The notes: generated by a model not told the origin, from the letters alone. A stretch of 64,000 nucleotides of DNA from Patescibacteria group bacterium (GCA_038065555.1 JBBTQS010000003.1:26266-90265); one strand, 5' to 3'. Counted from the first letter of the stretch, positions 1 to 9,541 are shown. Made by a program: numbers and translations.

Positions 1-71
1 ACCGCCTTATCTTGCAACAAAATACTGCCCTGATGAGGCTCAATGTTGGTAATGAAATAGTGTTGGCGCAT
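1..71 (-). CDS. hypothetical protein, 5' end only (gene runs off left edge)
   Basis: Minus-strand ATG at 69-71; reading frame stays open to position 1 (MRQHYFITNIEPHQGSILLQDKA...). No recognisable domain and no clear RBS. Confidence 0.2.
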   Translation of the reverse strand, partial: MRQHYFITNIEPHQGSILLQDKA

Positions 72-387
72 AGGGGTGTGATTCGATAGACAACAGCGTA
101 CCGAACTTGACAGAATTCTGCAATTATGATCAACTAAAAATAGTAATTTCAATACTATGTGTGTTCACACCTACACAATCCAGCACAAGGATACGCCACA
201 GTTTGTTGGCTATGTTCTTGCTGCGTCACGCGGATTCCGCGTTGGCCTGGATGGTGTTCGTGAAATGACTGCATAATCGCATTTTCATTATTTCTCACGA
301 AGAACGTCTCGGCCAGGTACCGAGGCGTTTTCGTTTGTACGTCTTGGTACCAGGATTCCACCACACCAACCGCCATGGAGGCGCTGC

Positions 388-1581
388 GTGATTCATTCCA
401 CCATCAGACTCTTCCTGTTCCTCACGTTCCTCTCACAACTGGGCATCGGGATGATCGTCGCGGTGTACGTCCCATTCCTCGTACGCAATGGACTCACCAT
501 CTTCGAGATGAATCTGGTCAACAGTGTGTACTTCATGACGCAGTTGGTCTGCGAAGTCCCAACAGGAGTAATCGCAGACAAGATCGGTCGCAAGTTCTCC
601 TACGTGCTCGCATGCCTCCTCAAGGGCATCGGCATCGGACTCTACGGAGTCTCTTCGACAATTCCCATGTTCATGCTCAGCGAAGCAGTAGATGCAGTCG
701 GTGCAACCTGTGTCTCAGGTGCATACGAGGCCTGGATCACAGACCAACTTCGTGCACTGGGATACAAAGGGAACATGCGCACGATCTTCGCTCGTGAAGA
801 GTTCGTTACACGTGTCGCACAGTGCATTGGCGCGCCGCTGGGCGTCTACATCATGCTCTACGACATGCGTCTTCCGTGGATTGTGAGCGGCGGACTTCTC
901 CTGTGCACTGGACTCGTCGCAGCAGTGTTGATGCGAGAAGATCGGGCGTATGCGCAAGAACCGCAGCGCGTTGTGAACGACGACGCAACACCAATCCCCG
1001 ACTTCCCCACGTCGATGATCGGCGCAGTACTCTGGTGCCTGCGTCACCCACCTCTGCGCTACGTCATCATCGTGAGCACTGTGATGTACTTCAGCTTCAC
1101 TGCACCCAACATGCAGTGGCTGATACTGTGCACTCGAGCACTCGGTACCGATGCGTGGAGTGGTTGGATCGTTACTGGCATCCACATCTCCATCATTATC
1201 GGGCTCACACTCATGCGCCGTCTCGTACAACACACCGGGGACGAGGAGAGAGCACTACGAGTCCTCTTCGCATTCGCAGGTCTAGGCATTGTACTCACGC
1301 CACTCATGCCCAACATGCTTACGATGTTCATAGTATTCTTCGCCCATGAGGTCTTCCGTGGAGGGATCGATCCAGTGAGACGCAGCTACTGCAATCACCA
1401 CTTCCCTTCACGGTATCGGGCAACGCTCGGATCAGTGCTGTCGCTCACGCACCACGTGGGTGGCGGCATCGGACTCCTCGTGTTCGGAGCCATTGGCATG
1501 TGGTCCATTCCTGTCGCGTGGATTATTGCAGGTGGACTGCTCATCTTCGCAGCACTGCGCACTCGCACAACACAGACGTAA
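388..1581 (+). CDS. MFS-type transporter (multi-pass membrane protein)
   Basis: 397-aa ORF with about 10-12 hydrophobic helices. Has the MFS-like pattern (G-x-x-x-D-K/R-x-G-R-K) 'VIADKIGRKF' in loop 2-3. Followed by a hairpin terminator. Confidence 0.75.
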   Translation: MIHSTIRLFLFLTFLSQLGIGMIVAVYVPFLVRNGLTIFEMNLVNSVYFMTQLVCEVPTGVIADKIGRKFSYVLACLLKGIGIGLYGVSSTIPMFMLSEAVDAVGATCVSGAYEAWITDQLRALGYKGNMRTIFAREEFVTRVAQCIGAPLGVYIMLYDMRLPWIVSGGLLLCTGLVAAVLMREDRAYAQEPQRVVNDDATPIPDFPTSMIGAVLWCLRHPPLRYVIIVSTVMYFSFTAPNMQWLILCTRALGTDAWSGWIVTGIHISIIIGLTLMRRLVQHTGDEERALRVLFAFAGLGIVLTPLMPNMLTMFIVFFAHEVFRGGIDPVRRSYCNHHFPSRYRATLGSVLSLTHHVGGGIGLLVFGAIGMWSIPVAWIIAGGLLIFAALRTRTTQT

Positions 1582-1589
1582 CAACAGAA

Positions 1590-1628
1590 CCCCGACCGCT
1601 TCACGCGTGTCGGGGTTCTTCTTTGCTT
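1590..1628 (+). terminator. rho-independent terminator after the MFS gene
   Basis: Stem CCCCGAC(1590-1596)/GTCGGGG(1609-1615) followed by TTCTTCTTTGCTTG. Confidence 0.55.
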
Positions 1629-1656
1629 GCCTTATGAGATGATTCCTTTTTCCGTA

Positions 1657-2172
1657 CTATCTACCAATACCAAGGACTCCGATCTTGAGCGAGGCGAGTC
1701 TTCCTTCAGGACCCTTGTCTCCCCCATGTTGCGCTTGGAAGAACGCTGTACCATCGCGTCCGCACACTTGCGAAATTGCCTCGACGCCGCCTGGATGCTT
1801 GCTCACAAATGGCGTAACGTTGTACACCACACCATTCATCGTCGTCCAGCAATCGTTTGCCGTTGCGTGAGCACTCACTTGCGCGAGTGTATACGTTGCG
1901 ACCGTTGGTGTTACTGGCTTCTCAGGTGCAGTGACTACAGGTGAAGACGTTGCAACACTTGGAGCGGTCGTCGTGGCAGTTACTACTGGTTGTTCTGGTG
2001 TTGTTGTGGCAACAGGTTGCTCAACAGGCAGTTGTGTCTCCTCAATGAGGAGATCACTGTTGTCTGGTTGCTGAACCACCACTGGATCATCAGACCCACC
2101 ACTCACCAACACAGCCACAATGATTACGAGTGCCCCGAGGACACCTACTGCGATCCACGATTTTTGCTCCAT
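1657..2172 (-). CDS. membrane-anchored cytochrome b5-like heme-binding domain protein
   Basis: N-terminal TM helix, then a Thr/Pro/Val-rich linker. C-terminal domain carries the HPGG heme-ligand motif (...FVSKHPGGVEAISQVCGRDGTAFF...). Confidence 0.7.
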   Translation of the reverse strand: MEQKSWIAVGVLGALVIIVAVLVSGGSDDPVVVQQPDNSDLLIEETQLPVEQPVATTTPEQPVVTATTTAPSVATSSPVVTAPEKPVTPTVATYTLAQVSAHATANDCWTTMNGVVYNVTPFVSKHPGGVEAISQVCGRDGTAFFQAQHGGDKGPEGRLASLKIGVLGIGR

Positions 2173-2200
2173 AGTATACGTTGCTTATGAAATACGTCTC

Positions 2201-2722
2201 TTAGAAATGAAGTCCGCCGAACTCACCACGCAATCCCCCTTTGCGACCTTCGTCTCCCTTATGCATCTTCTTTGCCTTTTTGTCTTTTTGTCCGGCAAAA
2301 TTCTGATCCATCTTCGTCCACTGTGCTTCTACGACTTTGAGACGTGCATCTGCTTGCGCCTGGGTAATAATACCCTTGCTCACTAATGTCTGCAATTGTG
2401 TCTTGACCTGCGCACGATGTTGCTCGAGTGCGCGAGTACGGAGCTGCTCCGCTGTTACGCCCTTTTCCTTTGCGAGCTGCTGCATGGTTTTGCCCTCAGC
2501 CCACGCAGCCTTCACATCAGCAACGCTAATGCCAAGCATCTTCGCTGCAGACTCGAACCGCGCAGAGAAATCAGCTGCGGCCTGATCTGGATTTTGTGCC
2601 CACACCATCGCATGCGATCCGCCGCCCAATCCGTGCGTCATCGCTGATGCGCTTCCCGATGCAAGCAAACTCAATCCAAGCACTGCAGGAAGTGCAGCGT
2701 ACACTATCGTCTTATACTTCAT
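2201..2722 (-). CDS. secreted hypothetical protein (signal peptide)
   Basis: N-terminus MKYKTIVYAALPAVLGLSLLASGSASA is a classic signal peptide. The rest is a helical Ala/Gln/Lys-rich sequence with no motif I can name. Confidence 0.5.
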   Translation of the reverse strand: MKYKTIVYAALPAVLGLSLLASGSASAMTHGLGGGSHAMVWAQNPDQAAADFSARFESAAKMLGISVADVKAAWAEGKTMQQLAKEKGVTAEQLRTRALEQHRAQVKTQLQTLVSKGIITQAQADARLKVVEAQWTKMDQNFAGQKDKKAKKMHKGDEGRKGGLRGEFGGLHF

Positions 2723-2807
2723 AGAAATATGAACTGTGTTAAGAGTTACCTGTACTCTGGCCAGAGTCTCTATCTCCTACTACAGTCACATTTCCAACAA
2801 TATTTCA

Positions 2808-3056
2808 TTACTCTTTTTCGGCCAATTTTTGCAGCTGTACCGTGATAACGACAATCGTGCATGTAAGTACAATTGCGTATACAAATTTTGCAACCAGCGA
2901 TCCACCATTCTCTGTCGGCCACATCCACTGAATCAGTGTTTGGATCGCGTCGTTCCATGCAAGACCAGCAACGAGACTCAGTGCTGCAGTCATGAATGCA
3001 ATGGTCTGTCTTTGCACAGCCGCGCGCAGTTGCGATTTTGTTTTGTGTTCTTCCAT
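2808..3056 (-). CDS. small membrane protein, unknown function
   Basis: ATG at 3054-3056 (MEEHKTKSQLRAAV...). Two predicted TM helices. The longer ORF in the track starts with GTG at 3095. Confidence 0.45.
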   Translation of the reverse strand: MEEHKTKSQLRAAVQRQTIAFMTAALSLVAGLAWNDAIQTLIQWMWPTENGGSLVAKFVYAIVLTCTIVVITVQLQKLAEKE

Positions 3057-3154
3057 ACTCAGACGACAACATGAATTACGTATCGACCGTACCACCTCGC
3101 ATACCCCGAATGCAAGATCAGCGTATGCTATACTGAGTACATTCTCATTGATCT

Positions 3155-3415
3155 ATGCCTCCACGCCTACGCAAAAATGATAACGCCCGCATCGAACAGT
3201 ACCAGCAAAAGGTAAAACGGTTCGAGCGACGACATCACGTCTTTGCCGCGCTCCTTATCGGCAGCGCGATCGTACTTTTTTGGCGCGGCGTGTGGAACCT
3301 CGCTGATATTTATCTCTTCCCCAATCAGGACGTTGCCAGCGCTGTAGTTTGTATTGTCGTTGGATTCATCATCCTCTACCTACGCGACTTCGATCTCAAG
3401 GAATTCCTCAAATAA
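3155..3415 (+). CDS. small membrane protein, unknown function
   Basis: 86 aa: a basic N-terminus followed by two hydrophobic helices (HHVFAALLIGSAIVLFW... VVCIVVGFIILYL). Confidence 0.45.
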   Translation: MPPRLRKNDNARIEQYQQKVKRFERRHHVFAALLIGSAIVLFWRGVWNLADIYLFPNQDVASAVVCIVVGFIILYLRDFDLKEFLK

Positions 3416-3484
3416 AAAAGCACCCGCGCTCAACCGTGACGGTGAGGCGGGTACTCGCATGTTCGCGGACGTGATGCAGATCTA

Positions 3485-3886
3485 CTACGGTATCTGCACA
3501 ACGAAAACCATTCGATCGACCGCAAACCGCGTCTGGAACAGCGGTCGTTGCGGCAAATCTCCAGGAGCAAAAAGTGCAAACGGGCGCACAACAAGTCCTG
3601 CTGCACAATAGAAGATCCCAACGCCTTGCCACAGACGCGATCCAGCAATAGCAGGTCGTGGGCCAATGCATACCACAGTTCGCCTCGCGCTCGTCCAGGG
3701 CACGAGGCTCGCACTGCGTAGACGCAGAGAGGGATTCTCGACCGCAGCGAATCCCAACTCATCAAAACACGCGAACACCTCATCAACATTGATGAATCGC
3801 AGTCTGTTGCTCTCGTGTTTGTAGTCAACGATCGCAATTTGCTGCTGACCTTTCTCGATCACATGCACATGCGCGCCAGGAACCAT
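3485..3886 (-). CDS. hypothetical protein, possibly degraded
   Basis: The first ~60 codons look protein-like (MVPGAHVHVIEKGQQQIAIVDYKHESNRLRFINVDEVFACFDELGFAAV; possible D-x-K nuclease-like motif). The C-terminal half is Arg/Pro/Gly/Ala-rich like out-of-frame sequence. No clean ORF fills 3416-3928. Confidence 0.2.
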   Translation of the reverse strand: MVPGAHVHVIEKGQQQIAIVDYKHESNRLRFINVDEVFACFDELGFAAVENPSLRLRSASLVPWTSARRTVVCIGPRPAIAGSRLWQGVGIFYCAAGLVVRPFALFAPGDLPQRPLFQTRFAVDRMVFVVQIP

Positions 3887-3928
3887 GGATCACCTCCCTT
3901 GAACATTGACCGCATTGAGCCTAGCAAG

Positions 3929-4531
3929 CTACTTTTGCTCCGTCAACCATCGCTCGGCATCAGCAAATGTTGTATAAAAATGTGCTGCAAATCCAAACTG
4001 CTGCGCGCAATCAATATTTGCCTGCAGGTCATCGAAAAGCACCACCTCATCTTTTGCAATTCCCGCTGCAGCAAGTGATGTGAGCACAGCTTCGAAATAC
4101 CGCGGATCATGCTTCTTCACGCCAATTTCGCTCGACGAAAACACGCCATCCATGAGCGAGCCCAACCCAACCACATCACGCAAATACTGCGTACGATATT
4201 TCTCGTTGTTCGTCGCGAGATAACAGCGGATTCCTTGCACGCGCAACGTCTGAATCCACGCGATCAACTCAGTGTCTACGACGCTTTCCGCACGAAACCA
4301 ATATTCCAAAAGTTCATCGACACTTCCCTTCCACTCCCACGTCGACACATACGGCGCAATAATTTCCTTCAGGTCCTGCTTTCCAACCAGACACTGCGCA
4401 AACTCTGCTGTGCGAAAAAAGGGATCCAGTGTCTCCGTTGGTACGCCGTAATCGCGAGTATACTGTAGACTAAATCGTTCGCCCCGAATCACCACGCCAT
4501 CAGCATCAAAGAGGATTGCTTTGCATTTCAT
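3929..4531 (-). CDS. HAD-superfamily hydrolase
   Basis: ATG at 4529-4531 gives MKCKAILFDADGVV (HAD motif I DxDG). C-terminal 'VVLFDDLQANI' is motif IV. The longer upstream extension has no coding character. Confidence 0.8.
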   Translation of the reverse strand: MKCKAILFDADGVVIRGERFSLQYTRDYGVPTETLDPFFRTAEFAQCLVGKQDLKEIIAPYVSTWEWKGSVDELLEYWFRAESVVDTELIAWIQTLRVQGIRCYLATNNEKYRTQYLRDVVGLGSLMDGVFSSSEIGVKKHDPRYFEAVLTSLAAAGIAKDEVVLFDDLQANIDCAQQFGFAAHFYTTFADAERWLTEQK

Positions 4532-4532
4532 A

Positions 4533-4949
4533 CTATTCCAATACCTTCGTGAGATCTCCGTACACGACCGTTGGGTTCGTAGCGATGATTTCGGTTTTGT
4601 AGTACGGCATCTCTGGAATCTGGTTGAACAAGTAGATCGGTTTGCGCAAAATGTACGCAAACCCCATTTCCAGAAACACATTGCCACCGATGTAGCCAGC
4701 AATGCCGTGCTTCTCATAGTTGAGCACGAGCACACGATCAGACTTTTCGATCACGCTCCAATGCTCACGCATCGCATCATTATTATATTTGTGTTCGAGT
4801 TTGAGTACTTCCTTCTCCTCGTCCGTGAGACCGACGTACTGTGTAGAATACGTAGAAGGAAACGCCTCATGGCCCTGGCTTGCGAACCAATCCGCAACTT
4901 CAAGCGCTTTCTCCGCGTACTGCATGCTATGACAGATGGCTATTTTCAT
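4533..4949 (-). CDS. hypothetical protein (Rossmann-like; possible nucleoside 2-deoxyribosyltransferase-like fold)
   Basis: ATG at 4947-4949 (MKIAICHSMQYAEKALEVADWFASQGHEAF...). Stop abuts the HAD start (4533 vs 4531), so the two are co-transcribed. Function not secure. Confidence 0.5.
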   Translation of the reverse strand: MKIAICHSMQYAEKALEVADWFASQGHEAFPSTYSTQYVGLTDEEKEVLKLEHKYNNDAMREHWSVIEKSDRVLVLNYEKHGIAGYIGGNVFLEMGFAYILRKPIYLFNQIPEMPYYKTEIIATNPTVVYGDLTKVLE

Positions 4950-5028
4950 ATATCCATACGCTACTATACCCACCTGACAAAAACAACAACCGGTGCGACA
5001 CTACATGCGTCGTTCACCGGTTGTATTT

Positions 5029-5298
5029 TCACTTGTTCTCCAGCACCTTCCTCGCTTGCCATTCTTCTACGATGAGGACCGTGAGCGCAGTCCAGGCCCA
5101 AACCATGAGCAACAGGAAGCACATCGCCAGGCCGAACGCCTTGTATTCCAGAAAAGTAACACCGCCCGTTGCAAGCAGCGGTTGCGCTCCACAGAAGAAA
5201 CCCTGCGTCGAGCGCGGCAATCCCGGTGGCAACTTGCGCACCCAGGTGAACCACACACCAAACGACGAGGTCCACAGTACTCCAAGAACGTACCACAT
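5029..5298 (-). CDS. small membrane protein
   Basis: 89 aa with two hydrophobic helices; sits upstream of the 4533-4949 / HAD pair on the same strand. Confidence 0.4.
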   Translation of the reverse strand: MWYVLGVLWTSSFGVWFTWVRKLPPGLPRSTQGFFCGAQPLLATGGVTFLEYKAFGLAMCFLLLMVWAWTALTVLIVEEWQARKVLENK

Positions 5299-5371
5299 CA
5301 GATTTCCTCCATAAGCGAACCCGCGTCGTGAGACTGCGGGTCCGGTTGCGAACGTTGGTTGGAGCAGCAGG

Positions 5372-5740
5372 TCATGCAGCCGCGAGCTGGATGTCCCACT
5401 CGCCGGTCTCGTCTACGATCCCACCGTTACGTGATACGAAGCTGAGGCCACCGGGACCTGCCCTGAACCCATGTCCCACGCCGGCAGCGAATCGTACGCA
5501 GTAGCCGGGCGACACTGCCTGTCCATCGTCGTTCTGATCAGTGGACAGCACGATCGCATCCCCACTCACGATGTACATGTCCGCATCGCACGCGTGCGTG
5601 TGAAGCGGGATGATCCCGTCGGGTACGACAGTGACGAGTACCTCCTGCGACTGTCCCAGCCGCAATGATTTGTTGTTCATTGCGCACACTGAGACTCCAG
5701 GCAGAGCCGGATGCTGATGAGACTGCAATCTCGAGATCAT
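5372..5740 (-). CDS. cupin-domain protein
   Basis: ATG at 5738-5740 preceded by GGAGGA (spacer 5 nt). Cupin-like His/Asp-rich beta-barrel motifs (GIIPLHTHACDADMYIVSGDAIV... GVGHGFRAG). Confidence 0.65.
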   Translation of the reverse strand: MISRLQSHQHPALPGVSVCAMNNKSLRLGQSQEVLVTVVPDGIIPLHTHACDADMYIVSGDAIVLSTDQNDDGQAVSPGYCVRFAAGVGHGFRAGPGGLSFVSRNGGIVDETGEWDIQLAAA

Positions 5741-5867
5741 CTGTTCCTCCTGTCTGCCCTGTACTCGGCGTGAGCACACTCCTGCAGACACCTTTGGTAT
5801 ATCGTGCGGCTCTACTTTAGTCTATATTTTAGGCACTCTTTTATCTGTTTTCTTTACAAAACTCTTT

Positions 5868-5913
5868 ATTTACTGTAAATTTCAAGTATTCTTTTTTGTC
5901 TAAATACTAGACA
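5868..5913 (+). promoter_or_regulatory. inverted repeats upstream of a TrmB paralog (candidate operators)
   Basis: ATTTAC-T-GTAAAT (5868-5880) and TGTCTA-aatac-TAGACA (5897-5913) lie inside TTTTTTGTCT, 6-50 bp upstream of the ATG at 5919. Confidence 0.35.
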
Positions 5914-5918
5914 CTTTT

Positions 5919-6662
5919 ATGAAAATTCCTTCTGTACTTCTGCAAAGCCTTGGGCTTACTCCACTGCAAGCAGCCGTATACATCGCTGCACTCGAGCTCG
6001 GCCAATCCTCTATCCAAGACCTCTCACGCAAATCCGGCGTGAAGCGCACAAGTATCTACAACTTCATCACTGATCTGAAGACGCGAGGACTCATCACACA
6101 AACACGCAAGAAAAAACGACTCGTGTACAGCGCAGTCCACCCAGAGCAATTGCTCGAGATCGAAAAAACCCGTCTCACCGAACTCGAACGTCTGATGCCG
6201 GAGCTCACCGCGATCTACAACAAGTCCGAGTCAAAACCTCGCGTTACTTTCTATGAACGACTCGACGGCACCGAAGAAGTATACGCAGACATGCTTTCCG
6301 AGAAAAAACCGATCCTTGTCTACGAAGATCTAGAACACATGAAATCTGGCATGCGCCCTGGATTCTACAGCACGTGGCCAGGGGAACGCGCGCGACGAGG
6401 TATCCCACTCAAGTCTATCTCCCGTGATTCAGCAACGGCCCGCGAATTCACGAAGCACAACATCAAACTTCTACGCCAAACTAAATTCATGACTGCCCCT
6501 CCGCTCAAAACCGAGATCAACATCTACGGCGACAAGGTCGCGCTCATGAGTTTTCGCCAGGACGCGCCTTTTTGTGTGCTCATCGAAGATCGTGATATTG
6601 CACAGACCTTGCGCACGACATGGGAACAGCTATGGGAGCGTCTCGGACCAGTTGTTGGCTAA
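5919..6662 (+). CDS. TrmB-family transcriptional regulator (paralog 1)
   Basis: N-terminal winged HTH (LTPLQAAVYIAALELGQSSIQDLSRKSGVKRTSIYNFITDLKTRGLI) plus a TrmB-type C-terminal domain. Clear paralog of 9988-10776, 13303-14034, 25471-26229 and 62689-63423. Confidence 0.8.
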   Translation: MKIPSVLLQSLGLTPLQAAVYIAALELGQSSIQDLSRKSGVKRTSIYNFITDLKTRGLITQTRKKKRLVYSAVHPEQLLEIEKTRLTELERLMPELTAIYNKSESKPRVTFYERLDGTEEVYADMLSEKKPILVYEDLEHMKSGMRPGFYSTWPGERARRGIPLKSISRDSATAREFTKHNIKLLRQTKFMTAPPLKTEINIYGDKVALMSFRQDAPFCVLIEDRDIAQTLRTTWEQLWERLGPVVG

Positions 6663-6693
6663 GACATGAGTCTTCGGGGTACGATATCTCTCT

Positions 6694-7218
6694 ATGGTGC
6701 CCCAGCTCCCCACCCTCAACTACACCCTCTGCTTCTGCCTGCACCGTGGCGATATTCTATTGCTCCTGCGAGCAAAAGAACCGAACCTCAACCACTGGAA
6801 CGGCGTAGGCGGCAAAATTGAACCCGGTGAATCGCCGGCACAGTGCGCCACACGAGAAACCTGCGAAGAAACAGGCTTCGACCCCGCAGCCGCACAGCGC
6901 CGAGAGTTGGGCGTTGTGACCTGGCACCCCGCGGGCGCTGCACCAGAAGGCGGCATGCATGTCTTCCAATTCGCTTTTCCCGATAGTTGGCAGCGACCAT
7001 TCGACTCGCTCGATATGCGCGAAGGCAAACTTCAATGGCACCCACTTGCGTTTGCTATGGACTACAACAATCGAGCGATCGTAGAAAACATCCCGTACTT
7101 TTTCACTGCGATGCACAACGCTCCCGAACTGTTGTGGTACGACTTCGGATTTGATGCGCAGCATCGCATTGCAGAATATAGAGTAACGTCTGCTCCTCGT
7201 GCTATACTAAACACATAA
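6694..7218 (+). CDS. NUDIX hydrolase
   Basis: Nudix box GGKIEPGESPAQCATRETCEETG (Gx5Ex7REUxEExGU). Confidence 0.8.
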   Translation: MVPQLPTLNYTLCFCLHRGDILLLLRAKEPNLNHWNGVGGKIEPGESPAQCATRETCEETGFDPAAAQRRELGVVTWHPAGAAPEGGMHVFQFAFPDSWQRPFDSLDMREGKLQWHPLAFAMDYNNRAIVENIPYFFTAMHNAPELLWYDFGFDAQHRIAEYRVTSAPRAILNT

Positions 7219-7226
7219 TTTTTCCT

Positions 7227-8426
7227 ATGCACATACCATCTACGTCGATGATAGTGGTCGGTTCACTCACGGTTACGCTCATGGCCACCTCAATGGTCGC
7301 CATTGCTGCACCTGCTCCAGTCCTCAATCCTGTTCGCCCAGGCGAAGCACGCGTTCTAGACAAAGGACTCACCGTGAAGTCGTTCAAAGACGCTAACTAC
7401 AAAGGCAAATTCCCCGCACCAGAAGGTGTGGTGCTCCAAGGCACATACGGCGCAGACAAATACAAAGAGCCAACAGGATCTGGTACGTACAAGTTCCGCG
7501 TCATGACTGATGCGAAGCTCCCATTGGCATGCCTGGACAACTCGCGCATCATCATTGGCAGCAAGGGCAAGACGTATGATCGTGGTTGGTTCACCGGATA
7601 CGACATTGCGAAGTCCGATGCCGCGCAGATCATCCAAATCTACAACGACAAGCCACGCGGCGCTGGTGCAGGCAACAAATTCTTCGATGAAGGATTCCGC
7701 AAAGGATACGCGTTCAGCTTCAACGGCGGATTCGAGACTGCTGCACGCTACAACTGCCGCAAGCAGATGCAAGACGTCAAGCGTGTAGACGCAGACGGCT
7801 GGATCAAGTACGACAAAGGCAACGTAGCATTTCTCACCAAGCGCACACCGAGCATCGCATCCTTCGCACTCCCTGTGCTCCCCTATGCATCTCTTGACGA
7901 GCGCGCAAGTGGACTTCTCAAGATCCCTAACGCGTGGGTCGCAGGTCTGAGCAGCGTAACGCCAGAGTCTTCGATTGAAAAAGCAAATCCAAAGGCTGGT
8001 CGCGTCAACCTCTCACACATCGAAGCATTCGAAAGTGCTGACGCAGACGACCGGGCCATGACCACAACCCAGTTCGGCAACGACCTCTACGCAGGGATGA
8101 AGACACAATCCGAAGCAGCATTCGCAAAGTATCGCGATCGAATTTGCAACGTGAGCGAAGCCTCGATCGAGGACAAGACCTACGCTGGCCAGACCTACAC
8201 CCTCGTGACATTCTACCGATCGTGCACAGGCAAAGCAGTGAAGGAAGCTGAGTGGAAGCTCCTCGCATTTGCACTCACCAAGTCTCCATCAACGGGCAAT
8301 CTCGTAGGATTCTTCTTCTCCACTCCACATTCAATCAAGAAGGCAGGAGCAGACGAAGTTGATATGACGAAGTTCCCAAGCGTACCATTCATCGAACAGT
8401 TCCTCGGCAAAGTCGTGATCAAATAG
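7227..8426 (+). CDS. secreted hypothetical protein
   Basis: 399 aa. N-terminal hydrophobic signal (MHIPSTSMIVVGSLTVTLMATSMVAIAAPAP); no recognisable catalytic motif. Confidence 0.55.
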   Translation: MHIPSTSMIVVGSLTVTLMATSMVAIAAPAPVLNPVRPGEARVLDKGLTVKSFKDANYKGKFPAPEGVVLQGTYGADKYKEPTGSGTYKFRVMTDAKLPLACLDNSRIIIGSKGKTYDRGWFTGYDIAKSDAAQIIQIYNDKPRGAGAGNKFFDEGFRKGYAFSFNGGFETAARYNCRKQMQDVKRVDADGWIKYDKGNVAFLTKRTPSIASFALPVLPYASLDERASGLLKIPNAWVAGLSSVTPESSIEKANPKAGRVNLSHIEAFESADADDRAMTTTQFGNDLYAGMKTQSEAAFAKYRDRICNVSEASIEDKTYAGQTYTLVTFYRSCTGKAVKEAEWKLLAFALTKSPSTGNLVGFFFSTPHSIKKAGADEVDMTKFPSVPFIEQFLGKVVIK

Positions 8427-8519
8427 TCGCGACTCGAGACCAAATGCAAACGACCTGCAGTGGATATACCCTGCAGGTCGTATTGTTTGCGACGCGCTTT
8501 CACACGCCCACAGTTGCAA

Positions 8520-8903
8520 CTACTTGCAACTACTACACAACCCAGTGAGAACGAGATTGTGATCATTCACCGTGAACCCTTTCAACTTCGACACAGAGAT
8601 TTTGCATTCTACGCAGCGTGCCTCACGGCAACTGGTGCACACGGCGTGGTGATGGTGATCTTCGTGGCCGTGCAACTCATAATATTGCTCACCTTCGAAC
8701 ACGATGCTCGGGTGAATCATATCCAGCTCCTTGAGCAGTTGGAGTGTGCGATACACGGATACCGTATCAATAGGCTTGAGCGCCTTTGCAATCTGCGCAG
8801 CAGCAAAAATCCCATCGAGATTCTCGATGTACTCAATGATCTCACGACGCGGACCGGTGAGCTTTGCGCCAGACTCTCGAACATGTTCTGCGATAGATGC
8901 CAT
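8520..8903 (-). CDS. Fur-family metalloregulator (Fur/Zur/PerR-like)
   Basis: ATG at 8901-8903. HTH region, then HGHEDHHHHAVCTSC and CxxC...CSSC metal-site motifs typical of Fur proteins. The longer ORF in the track begins with GTG. Confidence 0.8.
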   Translation of the reverse strand: MASIAEHVRESGAKLTGPRREIIEYIENLDGIFAAAQIAKALKPIDTVSVYRTLQLLKELDMIHPSIVFEGEQYYELHGHEDHHHHAVCTSCREARCVECKISVSKLKGFTVNDHNLVLTGLCSSCK

Positions 8904-8919
8904 ATGGCGACAAGTATAC

Positions 8920-8945
8920 CGCGTGACGAGACTCGCGTCCACGCG
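8920..8945. promoter_or_regulatory. GC-rich inverted repeat between divergent Fur-family and VOC genes
   Basis: CGCGTGACG-agact-CGTC(C)ACGCG, sitting 17 bp upstream of the Fur start and 16 bp upstream of the VOC start. Confidence 0.3.
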
Positions 8946-8960
8946 ATATACTCATACTCT

Positions 8961-9479
8961 ATGAACACATCCTCCCCGACCTGGAGCAATACCCGCGCAG
9001 CAGCACAGATCTCGATACAAATATTCAACGACTTCGCGGATCGTCATGAGATGGCAAATCAGCTCCTCGCTGACCACATTGGATTCAAATGCGCCTCGAG
9101 TGAGGAATTCACATCGATGCGTGCGCTGCTCGAAGACGCTTCTGTCTATACATACCAATCCATCATCTCGGCTCGACGCATCGCGATTTGCAGACTACGT
9201 GAACCATTCCCAACTGCATGTGGCCCCGTACACTTCGTCGAACTCTCTGATCAGAAGCCAGACCTCAGTCAAACAAGTGGATTCGATCACATCGAAGTCT
9301 ATCCCGCAGACCACGACGTACAACGCGCAGTAACACTATTACAGTCACGAGGTGTCGAGATCGCGCAGTCGCACCGCCCACATCACAGCACATTCGACAC
9401 GCGACTCTCACCCACGTTCACTCTGCGCATCGAGCATGAGCCACTCATAGTGAAGATCAAAGACACAGAAATGCACTAG
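8961..9479 (+). CDS. VOC/glyoxalase-like family protein
   Basis: ATG at 8961. Beta-alpha-beta-beta-beta-like repeats with 'GFDHIEVYPADHD' resembling glyoxalase/dioxygenase metal-binding segments. The 5' part of the track ORF overlaps Fur on the opposite strand and is rejected. Confidence 0.4.
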   Translation: MNTSSPTWSNTRAAAQISIQIFNDFADRHEMANQLLADHIGFKCASSEEFTSMRALLEDASVYTYQSIISARRIAICRLREPFPTACGPVHFVELSDQKPDLSQTSGFDHIEVYPADHDVQRAVTLLQSRGVEIAQSHRPHHSTFDTRLSPTFTLRIEHEPLIVKIKDTEMH

Positions 9480-9541
9480 TTCCATTGACATTTTTCGCCA
9501 ATCTGCTACGCTCTGGACCACCACAGCCATTGGAGGCGTTC

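Noticed and set aside
8460-8960. 5' extension of the VOC-family ORF (339-aa version)
   Set aside because: Overlaps the Fur-family gene on the opposite strand; recognisable protein sequence begins only at ATG 8961.
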